Shown: positions 47,220-55,582 of the stretch, piece after piece
Layout of the letters: each line of letters begins with the position of its first letter
Position numbering within the stretch: position 1 is the stretch's first letter
From: an archaeon GW2011_AR15
GTDB lineage: Archaea; Nanobdellota; Nanobdellia; Woesearchaeales; GW2011-AR15
Length of the DNA stretch: 64,000 nucleotides
Direction of reading: 5' to 3'
Assembly (NCBI GenBank): GCA_000830295.1
Contig: CP010425.1
Coordinates: forward strand, 768,001-832,000
Translations under genes and position numbers: made by a program
Notes under the pieces: generated by a model
Told to the model about the DNA's origin: nothing
Database searches by the model: none
What the model saw: the letters and a program-made list of their open reading frames with translations, nothing else

Positions 47220-48834
47220 GAAGCTTCTGAAGCGTTTTTCCGAATTTGGTCTTCCCTATTGAATAGGTTAATTTGAAAAGTGGATATGTAACAGAATTTC
47301 TCAGTTCTCCAAGGCGTTTTTCCAGGAAATCCACTTTCTGCTTAAACGCCTTCAGCTCTTTCTCAGTACTATTCTTCTCAGCTTTCAGAGTTTCCCAGGA
47401 GGTAATAAGGCCGTTTATCTCAGCATCCCTTTCTATCAATATTTTTTCAAGCTCGTGTTGTTTTTCCTTTAAATCTGATGCTTTCATTTTTCTTGACTCT
47501 ATCTCTTCCTGAAGATTTAGGATATGCTTATCCCTCTTTTCTATCTCTTCTTCCAGCTTTTTTATGCTACCCTCCTTCCTGTCCCTTTCATCCCTCAGGC
47601 TCATGAACACCTCGCGCCTGCTGTCCAGTAGCTGGCTATGCCGGAACTCAGTTTTTGTCTTGTCAACAGACGGCTTCCAGCAGAAATTATCCAGAGGGCC
47701 GACCAGCTTATCCCATGCGTTATCAGAAACAAATTTCTCAATGTTCTTTTTCATAGCAGCCTTGTCTTTTTCACTTAATTTTAAAACCACGCTGGCAGTC
47801 TCTTCCGGAGTTTTTCCATCAATAACAACTCCTGTCTGGTATCTTTTCACCAGCTCTGCGACAGTATCCCCGCCGCTTACAATAACAGGCAGCCTGCCGT
47901 ACATTGCCTCGGAGACCCTTGTCCTGTAGGATAATTCTGTCTCCAGTATGCCCTGCGGATAAGTTGCAATGAACAAGTCAGATTCGTTATAGATGCTATC
48001 AATATCCTCATAATCAGCATAGTCAAACAAAAAGACGGACTTGTTCAGCATTTTCTTATCTTTCACGAACCTGTAGAATTTGTTATAATTATCTTCGTAA
48101 AGTTTTTTGTAGACAAACGGGCTCTGTGCCCCGACAACAGCCAGAACATACTTATCACTTTTCTTCGAGATTTCATGCATTATTCTCGCTGTCTGCATAG
48201 GGTCAAGCCAGTTGAAGAAAGTGCTCATCCACAAAATTATTTTTTTATCTCCAGGAATAGCTTTTCTCAGAATCTTTTTTTTCCCAAGGGGCTTTCCTGA
48301 TTTCACACCGAAGGGGACAATTCCAACAAGATTTCTTTTCCTATTATATGGGTTTACTCTCCCCACGGCAGCCAGCATTCCAAGATAATACCTTCTTTGC
48401 CTTTCACTCGCACAGATGAAATAATCACCGTACTGGAAGGGAATCAGGGTTGAAAGGAATATGTCATCTGTAAACCTCCAGAAATCACTTTGTGTTTTCT
48501 TATAATCGTAATGGATATGTTCAAGAAGGTAAGGGGCATAGACATCAACAACAATTGGGATTTTTACCCTGCTCAGGAATTCATGGTCATCAAACCATAT
48601 CTGTATAAAGGCGACATCGTATTTTCTTATGCCTTTAAGTATCTGTGCAGGAATGTAGCTGATGAATCTTATATTCTCCCTGGTAAGCTCCTTTCCCCTG
48701 TCCTTTTCAGCAATAGTAACCTTATGCCCTTTTTTTGTAAGGGCTTTGGCTAATTCCCATAACCTGATGCTTGGTCCAAAGGTCTTCCCGTCAGAAAAAA
48801 CCTTCTTGTGGCTGAACATGATTATCTTAGACAT
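47212..48834 (-). CDS. GT4-family glycosyltransferase with a C-terminal coiled coil
   Basis: GPSIRLWELAKAL, ETELSYRTRVSEAMYGRLPVI, about 90-aa heptad region, basic amphipathic tail. Confidence 0.82.
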   Translation of the reverse strand: MSKIIMFSHKKVFSDGKTFGPSIRLWELAKALTKKGHKVTIAEKDRGKELTRENIRFISYIPAQILKGIRKYDVAFIQIWFDDHEFLSRVKIPIVVDVYAPYLLEHIHYDYKKTQSDFWRFTDDIFLSTLIPFQYGDYFICASERQRRYYLGMLAAVGRVNPYNRKRNLVGIVPFGVKSGKPLGKKKILRKAIPGDKKIILWMSTFFNWLDPMQTARIMHEISKKSDKYVLAVVGAQSPFVYKKLYEDNYNKFYRFVKDKKMLNKSVFLFDYADYEDIDSIYNESDLFIATYPQGILETELSYRTRVSEAMYGRLPVIVSGGDTVAELVKRYQTGVVIDGKTPEETASVVLKLSEKDKAAMKKNIEKFVSDNAWDKLVGPLDNFCWKPSVDKTKTEFRHSQLLDSRREVFMSLRDERDRKEGSIKKLEEEIEKRDKHILNLQEEIESRKMKASDLKEKQHELEKILIERDAEINGLITSWETLKAEKNSTEKELKAFKQKVDFLEKRLGELRNSVTYPLFKLTYSIGKTKFGKTLQKLLK

Positions 48835-48937
48835 TTTACCCCTTTGGAATAGAAAAACTATATAAAAAGCTTGTGAATAGACAAATAGACCAGCAACAGG
48901 AAAGGTATTTGCAGTGGGGTGGACCCCTCATGCTTCC

Positions 48938-50146
48938 CTATAGCAGCTTGCTGATTTTGATTAGCTTTTTCTGCAGGGGAGTCATTTTCTCTATTTCCCT
49001 GTGGAATATGAGGTTCCAGCCAAGGTTGTCGCAGCAATACAGGCAGCCGTTGCCGGTCTGTGTCGTGTTTCCTATGTTGTTGAAATATGGGTCCTTTACG
49101 TCATAGTCAATTGTATGTTTCCTGAAAGTGCATTGTTTTTTTCCTGACCAGATTTTCTTTATACTTTTTTCATAAATATTCCCTACTGGTATTCTTCCGG
49201 ACTTAAGGCAGGAATTCACTTCCCCGGTTGCCAGTATTCTCAAAAAGTTGAAGCCGGCATAGCATGGGATTTTTCCTATTATGCTCTTGTCATATATTCC
49301 TTTTTCTGTCTCTCCTTCAAGCCTCCTTAGGAATTGCTCAGGCTGCTTGAATATTATTTTGTGGCCATATTGCTTTTCCCAGGCATGTATTTTTGGCCGG
49401 ATATTCCTCATTTTCCCAGCCAGCAAATTCCTCTGTTCCTCATTGAGCATAAGACTGTCTGTCATTCCAGGAACAATATCTGTAGGGGTGAATTCAACAG
49501 CATCTGCCCTTACTTTAAATGCAAGCTCAACCATGTTTTCGAAGTCATAATAGTTCTCTGTGGAAATTACATGATACAGAGTTAGCTTTGGCTTGTCTGT
49601 CCTGTATTTTTTCTTCAGAAAATGCAGGTAATTCAGCGTATCCACAATCCTGTGAAATGTCTTTTCTGTCTGGTTTGGGTGGGTTCTTGAATATGCTTCA
49701 GGAGAGCCTGCCCAGAGACTGCAGTTCATATGGTCTATTTTTGCTTTTACTATTCTCCTGGCTTTCTCTTTTGTTATCAGCGTCATGTTGTTGCTCATGT
49801 CCACATTCATGCCTTTCTTCTTTACATATTCCATAATATCAACAGCATTTGGGTGCATAAAAGGCTCTCCTCCGCCTGTGAAATAAATCTCCCTTGTGTT
49901 CATGTCAGCCAGGTCATCAACTAGTTTCTTTACAAGCCTGTAGGGAAGCTCTTTTTTCCTCGTCTCCTTATCCATAGTCTCAAATCCGACAAGAGGAGAA
50001 AAGGACCAGCAGGAAATGCAGTCATTGTTGCAGTGGTTGGTAAGGTCAAGGTGCACAGAATAAGGCCCGGTGATTGGCTTTTTCTCAAGTATTCCTGCTA
50101 TTATCCTGTATTTCTGGGCTTTATCCTTCAGGCTGTAGAATGGCAT
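48938..50146 (-). CDS. Radical SAM protein with a SPASM/Twitch domain
   Basis: CNNDCISC, TGGGEPF, PCYAG...GEVNSC, C-terminal CLYCCDN. Confidence 0.93.
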   Translation of the reverse strand: MPFYSLKDKAQKYRIIAGILEKKPITGPYSVHLDLTNHCNNDCISCWSFSPLVGFETMDKETRKKELPYRLVKKLVDDLADMNTREIYFTGGGEPFMHPNAVDIMEYVKKKGMNVDMSNNMTLITKEKARRIVKAKIDHMNCSLWAGSPEAYSRTHPNQTEKTFHRIVDTLNYLHFLKKKYRTDKPKLTLYHVISTENYYDFENMVELAFKVRADAVEFTPTDIVPGMTDSLMLNEEQRNLLAGKMRNIRPKIHAWEKQYGHKIIFKQPEQFLRRLEGETEKGIYDKSIIGKIPCYAGFNFLRILATGEVNSCLKSGRIPVGNIYEKSIKKIWSGKKQCTFRKHTIDYDVKDPYFNNIGNTTQTGNGCLYCCDNLGWNLIFHREIEKMTPLQKKLIKISKLL

Positions 50147-50174
50147 ATATTACATAAATAATACTCAAGTATTA

Positions 50175-51026
50175 TTATGCTTTTTGCAAAGACTTCAGGT
50201 AAAAACCGATATCATAAAACTCATTATAAAAAAAGCCAGGGAGAGTTACTATGCTTAAGCCCAGCTTTAGGCTCATGAGTTCCTTAAACAGAAAAACAAG
50301 AGTAATATAAGGGTTATATACCAAGAGACGCATCATCACTCCGGCAAAGCTGTCCGGAAGAGGATAGCCATGGAAGGTCCACTTTCTTGCGGCTCTTATC
50401 ACGCTGGAAAAAGTATCCTCTTTTAGATGATAGCAGGCTGCATCAGGCTCATAAACAATATCAAATCCGCTTTTCTTCAGCCGTCTTGAGACATCAACAT
50501 CTTCGTAATTTGTAGTGTATTTCTCATCATATCCCCCAATTTTTCTAAGAGCGGAGATTCTGAAAACAGTATTGGCTCCAAAAAGGAAATTCGGGTTAGT
50601 TATCTTTTGGTTTCCCCAGTTTTGCTTTAAATGAAAAGAGCGCCATTTGTCTGCCAATGCTTTCTTATTCTTTTCTATAAGTTTTCCGCCAACCCCGGCT
50701 ACCCCCTTTTTATCAAAATCCTTCATAATTTCTTTCAGCCAGCCTTTTTCAAGAACACAGTCAGAATCAACAGCAGCAATAAGTTCTGTCATACAGTTTC
50801 TCAGCGCAAGGTTTCTTGCAGCAGCAAGATTTTGCCGTCCTAAGTTGAGAACCCTGACTTTGAATTTTTTCGCAATCTTGACTGTATTGTCAGCTGAATT
50901 GTTATCCACTACCAGGATATTCTTCGGGGATATTTCCTGCTTCAATATGCTTTCTATGCATTTTCCTATTGTCTTTTCAGAATTCAGGGCAGGGAGGTAG
51001 AACGTGATGCTAAATGTTGTATTCAT
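50175..51026 (-). CDS. GT2-family glycosyltransferase
   Basis: PALNSE, VDNNSAD, AARN, VDSDC, YEDVD. Confidence 0.93.
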   Translation of the reverse strand: MNTTFSITFYLPALNSEKTIGKCIESILKQEISPKNILVVDNNSADNTVKIAKKFKVRVLNLGRQNLAAARNLALRNCMTELIAAVDSDCVLEKGWLKEIMKDFDKKGVAGVGGKLIEKNKKALADKWRSFHLKQNWGNQKITNPNFLFGANTVFRISALRKIGGYDEKYTTNYEDVDVSRRLKKSGFDIVYEPDAACYHLKEDTFSSVIRAARKWTFHGYPLPDSFAGVMMRLLVYNPYITLVFLFKELMSLKLGLSIVTLPGFFYNEFYDIGFYLKSLQKA

Positions 51027-52879
51027 CTTGGCTTTTCTCCCTCGATAAATATCTTATGCCAGAGTATAAAATTTGTCACAGACCAGAGCTGCCTTGAGTA
51101 ATATAAACTTGTAAGCCTGTTGAAACTCAGCAGCCTGCCTGAGAGCATCCTGTCGCTTGAGAGCAGCCTGTCAACATAGCTTTTTTTGAAGAACCTGTCT
51201 ACGATATCTTTTTTCTCGTCCAGGATATTTCTTGCATACTCGCCGAAATCCTGCTTGTACCATGTGTCTGTCGGGACCATAAAGCGCATTTTTTTCTTTT
51301 TGATTGTGCTCTTAGGCAGGAAGTCTTTCATGGCCTGCCTTATAATGTATTTTTCAGTCATGAGATTTATCTTATATTGTTCAGGGAGAGAAGCAGAGAA
51401 TTCAGCAAGAGTATGGTCACAGAATGGGACACGGCCTTCAATAGAGTTTGCCATTGTCACCTTGTCATATTTCAGGAGCATATCATCAGGCAGATATGTT
51501 TTCATATCGTGATATATCATCTTGTTAACAAGACCCTCCTGGCCTCTGAAATTTTTTCTTATCATCCCAAGCGATGACTCTTTCACATTATCCTTCAGCA
51601 GCACCTTTTTTTCGTCCTTGCTGAAAACAGAGCTGATGTTCAGGAAAGCTGCCGCATCATCAGATTCAAGAAAATCTTTTGTTTTCATGAAAAAAGGCTC
51701 TCTTGGCAGGAGATTAAGGCTAAGGCCGCCCGCTTGTTTAATGAACCTTGGAATTTTTTTCATTGCTTTCATTATCCTGTACTGCTCATACCCTGCAAAA
51801 ATCTCATCTGCACCGTCACCATTAAGGAGAACCCTGATATCCTTTGAAGCTTTCTCCGCAAGCACATAATTTGATATCACGATAGGGTCTGCAAGCGGCT
51901 CATCCATATGCCATGTTATTTTAGGAAGAAGACTTATGTAGCTAGAATCTATTGTGCACTCATGATGCTCTGTCCCGAATTTTTCAGCTATAACCCTGGC
52001 ATCTTCAAACTCATTTTTTAAGCCATCTTCAAAGCCGAGAGTGTAGGTATCTATTTTTTCATCAGTATTCTTTCTCATCATTGCAACAATTGAGCTGGAA
52101 TCTATGCCTCCAGAAAGCAAGGCTCCCACAGGAACATCGCTTATCATCCTGTATTTTACCGATTGTTCAAATAACTGCAGGAATTGCTTCTTGTAATATT
52201 CCAGGGACTTGTTTCCGGGAGAAAAAGTCACATCCCAGTATTTTTTGATAGAGATGCCTCTTGAATTATAAACAAGATAATGGCCCGGGTTTAGCTTGTA
52301 GATCTCTTTCAGCATTGTCTCCTCGCCTGAGCAATATCTGAAGCTGAAGTAGCCGTCAAGAAGATTCTCATTCAGTTTCCTGTCTATTTCCTTGTGCTCC
52401 AGTATCGCCTTTATTTCAGAGGCAAAGATGAATTTTGAACCATCGTGGAAGTAATAGAGCGGCTTTATCCCGAGTCTGTCACGGGCAATAAAAAGTTCTT
52501 TTTTTTCTGTGTCATACAGCGCAAACGCAAACATGCCGTTGAAATAATTCAGGCATTCTTTCCCATATTCTTCATAGCTGTGCACAATAACTTCAGTGTC
52601 AGTATCTGTGTAGAATCTGTGGCCTTTTTTTTCAAGCTTCTCCCTCAAATCTGAAGCGTTGTATATCTCCCCGTTAAAGAACAGGACAATGCTATGGTCT
52701 TCATTGAATATCGGCTGGTTTCCTCCCTTGATGTCTATGATGCTTAACCGGGTGTAGCCCAATGTAAACTTTTCGTCAGAATAAGTGTCAGCATGGTCTG
52801 GCCCCCTATGATTGAGAATTTTTGCCATTGCGGCAGCTAGCTTCCTATCGCTGAAATTAAAACCGAATATCCCGCACAT
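51023..52879 (-). CDS. asnB: Asparagine synthetase B-like glutamine amidotransferase
   Basis: MCGIFG (nucleophilic Cys), HRGPD, FNGEIYN, SGGIDS, GDGADE. Confidence 0.93.
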   Translation of the reverse strand: MCGIFGFNFSDRKLAAAMAKILNHRGPDHADTYSDEKFTLGYTRLSIIDIKGGNQPIFNEDHSIVLFFNGEIYNASDLREKLEKKGHRFYTDTDTEVIVHSYEEYGKECLNYFNGMFAFALYDTEKKELFIARDRLGIKPLYYFHDGSKFIFASEIKAILEHKEIDRKLNENLLDGYFSFRYCSGEETMLKEIYKLNPGHYLVYNSRGISIKKYWDVTFSPGNKSLEYYKKQFLQLFEQSVKYRMISDVPVGALLSGGIDSSSIVAMMRKNTDEKIDTYTLGFEDGLKNEFEDARVIAEKFGTEHHECTIDSSYISLLPKITWHMDEPLADPIVISNYVLAEKASKDIRVLLNGDGADEIFAGYEQYRIMKAMKKIPRFIKQAGGLSLNLLPREPFFMKTKDFLESDDAAAFLNISSVFSKDEKKVLLKDNVKESSLGMIRKNFRGQEGLVNKMIYHDMKTYLPDDMLLKYDKVTMANSIEGRVPFCDHTLAEFSASLPEQYKINLMTEKYIIRQAMKDFLPKSTIKKKKMRFMVPTDTWYKQDFGEYARNILDEKKDIVDRFFKKSYVDRLLSSDRMLSGRLLSFNRLTSLYYSRQLWSVTNFILWHKIFIEGEKPR

Positions 52880-52919
52880 TTAAAGAATAATTGTAATCAA
52901 GATATAAATAAGTTACTCC

Positions 52920-54134
52920 TCAGAGCATTCTGGCTAATTTTACAAGTTTTCTCTTCACAGGCCCCAGTTTCTGAAGCCCGCCATGGGTCGCAAGATTCAG
53001 GCCGAGATTATCACAGCATAATAAGCAGCCGTTTTCCTCACGCTGCCACATATTCCCGATGTTTCTGAAATAAGGGTCTTTCACATCATAGTCAATCGTG
53101 TGCTTCCTGAAAGTGCACTGCCTGCTCCCCATCCATATTTCTTTTATGCTTTTTTCATAGATGTTGCCTATTGGTATCCTGATTGATTTAAGACATGAGT
53201 TGACATTACCGTCTCCAAGTATCCTCAGGAAAGTCCAGCCGGCATAGCATGGGATTGTGCCTATAATTGACTGGTCATACACACCCTTTTCAGTGTTTCC
53301 CTGCAGCCTCCTGAGAAACTGGTCATAGTTCCTGAATTCAATCTTATGGTTATATTTCCTCTCCCAGTAATGGAATTTCGGCCAGATGTTCCTCACTTTG
53401 TCAGCCAGCCATTCCCTCTGCTCCTTGTTCAGCATAAGCACATCAGTTTTTCCGGGGACAATATCTGTGGGAGTGAAGTCTATTCCAGTAACCTTTACTC
53501 TGAATGCAAATTCCACCATGTTTTCGAAATCATCGTAATTGAGGGTTGAAATTACATCGTAGATGAACAAAGTCGGTTTGTTTGTCCTGTATTTCTGCTT
53601 AAGCTTATAGAAGTGCTTGAACATGTGCTCTACCCTGTAGAATGCCTCTTTTGTCTTGTTTGGGTGGACCCTGTCATATGCCTCAGGAGAGCCTGCCCAG
53701 ACACTGCAGTTCATGTTGTCAACTCCTGCTTTTACAAGCCTCTCAGCCTTTTTTTCGTTTACAAGAGTGAAGTTATTGCTCATGTCGCACCTTATGCCTT
53801 TTTTCTTCACGTATTCCATTATTTCCACAGCATTGGGATGCATGAAAGGCTCTCCGCCACCTGTAAAGTAGATATCCCTTACACCCAGGTCGTCAAGGTC
53901 GTCTATTAGTTTTTTCACAAGGGGATAAGGAAGAAACTTCTTTTTTGTCTCAGGCGTCATGGCAATCTCTCCCAGCAGAGGGGAATGGCACCAGCATCCT
54001 ACGCAGTCGCTGTTGCAGCTGTTTGTTATGTCAATCTGCACAGTAAGCGGGCCGGTGTAAATTTTCCTGTCAAGTATGCCTGCGGCTATCTTTGCTTTCT
54101 GTACATTGTCCTTTAATCTATTCATCAATTGCAT
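52920..54134 (-). CDS. Radical SAM protein with a SPASM/Twitch domain (close paralog of 48938-50146)
   Basis: CNSDCVGC, TGGGEPFMHP, PCYAGW...GNVNSC, CLLCCDN. Confidence 0.93.
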   Translation of the reverse strand: MQLMNRLKDNVQKAKIAAGILDRKIYTGPLTVQIDITNSCNSDCVGCWCHSPLLGEIAMTPETKKKFLPYPLVKKLIDDLDDLGVRDIYFTGGGEPFMHPNAVEIMEYVKKKGIRCDMSNNFTLVNEKKAERLVKAGVDNMNCSVWAGSPEAYDRVHPNKTKEAFYRVEHMFKHFYKLKQKYRTNKPTLFIYDVISTLNYDDFENMVEFAFRVKVTGIDFTPTDIVPGKTDVLMLNKEQREWLADKVRNIWPKFHYWERKYNHKIEFRNYDQFLRRLQGNTEKGVYDQSIIGTIPCYAGWTFLRILGDGNVNSCLKSIRIPIGNIYEKSIKEIWMGSRQCTFRKHTIDYDVKDPYFRNIGNMWQREENGCLLCCDNLGLNLATHGGLQKLGPVKRKLVKLARML

Positions 54135-55536
54135 TTTGCTTTAACCTGATGTCTGTCTCTATGTTCATTCCGACATTGTCACAGCTCCTGTGGCAGTTGA
54201 TAACCTTAAAGTAAGGATGGCCCTTTTTTTCAGTCTTGGCCAAAAACCTGAATTCGTTGTATTTGTTTGAATACCATATATCTTTAAAGCTTTTTTCATG
54301 GAGATTTCCCAAAGGCATCTTGTGGCCTTTGCAGCATGGCAGCACATCCCCGTTTGGAAGTATCCTTGTGAATGTCCAGCCGATATAGCACGGCATCCTG
54401 TCCACGATGTTAATATCATACTTCTGCTTTTTATTGTCTTTTATGCTGCTTATTCTCCTGTAGAGGCTGCCGAAGCCAAGAATCCTTAAAAAGCTCAGCT
54501 TGAATGGGTTTTCAGTTGAGTAGCAAATGCTTTTCCTGTCGCAGCCTATGCACATGCCCTGGGAGAAGGCAAAGTCCAGTGACGTTTTTGTTACGTTCCT
54601 TGCAGAGCTAAAATAGTCCTTAGGGCACCGTATTTTTTTGCTGTTCTCTTCCACTCTAAACCCTTCCGGTAATGTATTCCTGTAAAACCTGCCGAACTCA
54701 ATGAACTCATCATTATGCTCATTTCCGAAAGTAAAGTAATTCTCTTTTTTCTTTAATTTCCTGAACTGCTCAACCATGCTCTCCATATGCTGTTCGCTCA
54801 GCTTCAGGCTGTCTGATTTTCCCTTCACTATATCCGCAACCTGGAACTCAATAAACTCAACCTGCGTATCAAGCGCAAAATTTATCATTTCCTCAAGCTC
54901 ATGGTAGTTCTTATTGGAAATTACATTGTATATCTTAACCACTGGCAGGCCGCTATGTTCTTTTTTTAGAGAAGCAAGATGGAGAAGGTTTTCCCTTATT
55001 CTTTCAAAGGTTTTTTCTGTCTGGTTTGGATGCGTTTTTACGTAGGTTTCTGCTGTCCCTGCCCACAGGCTTAATGTAATCCTGTCAACGCCAATCTCTG
55101 CAAATTCTTTCAGGATTTCTTTTGATACAAGCGTGAAGTTGGTTATCAGATGGAGAACAAGGCCTTTCTCCTTAATTGCCCTGACAATTTCCATGAAATA
55201 TGGATACATCATAGGATCCCCGCTTCCTGAAAGCTGTATTTCTCTTGTCCCGTTTTCAGCAGCCTGCTCAATAAGAGTCAGGACAGTATCCTTCGGAAGG
55301 TGCTTCATCTTCCATTCTCCCCTGAACTTCAGCTTACCCATAAGCTCGGAATGGCACCAGCATCCTACACAGTTCAGGTTGCAGTTGTTTGTCAGGTCGA
55401 GCTGTATAATCTGGGGGAAAGAAAAGGCTTTATTTCCTGCCTCAATCCCCTTTATAATATCTCCTGAGAAATCAGTGAAAATGCTCTGGGGATAAGGATC
55501 ATAGTGCCTTACAACCTCCTGAGTATCCTGTTCCAT
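54118..55536 (-). CDS. Radical SAM protein with a SPASM/Twitch domain and a Cys-rich insertion
   Basis: CNLNCVGC, SGSGDP, insertion CPK..CIGCDRKSIC, PCYIGW...PCC, CHRSCDN. Confidence 0.92.
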   Translation of the reverse strand: MEQDTQEVVRHYDPYPQSIFTDFSGDIIKGIEAGNKAFSFPQIIQLDLTNNCNLNCVGCWCHSELMGKLKFRGEWKMKHLPKDTVLTLIEQAAENGTREIQLSGSGDPMMYPYFMEIVRAIKEKGLVLHLITNFTLVSKEILKEFAEIGVDRITLSLWAGTAETYVKTHPNQTEKTFERIRENLLHLASLKKEHSGLPVVKIYNVISNKNYHELEEMINFALDTQVEFIEFQVADIVKGKSDSLKLSEQHMESMVEQFRKLKKKENYFTFGNEHNDEFIEFGRFYRNTLPEGFRVEENSKKIRCPKDYFSSARNVTKTSLDFAFSQGMCIGCDRKSICYSTENPFKLSFLRILGFGSLYRRISSIKDNKKQKYDINIVDRMPCYIGWTFTRILPNGDVLPCCKGHKMPLGNLHEKSFKDIWYSNKYNEFRFLAKTEKKGHPYFKVINCHRSCDNVGMNIETDIRLKQNAIDE

Positions 55537-55582
55537 ATAGTCCCCCTCAGCAGAATAATCTCCACAATTAAAAAGATTTGGC

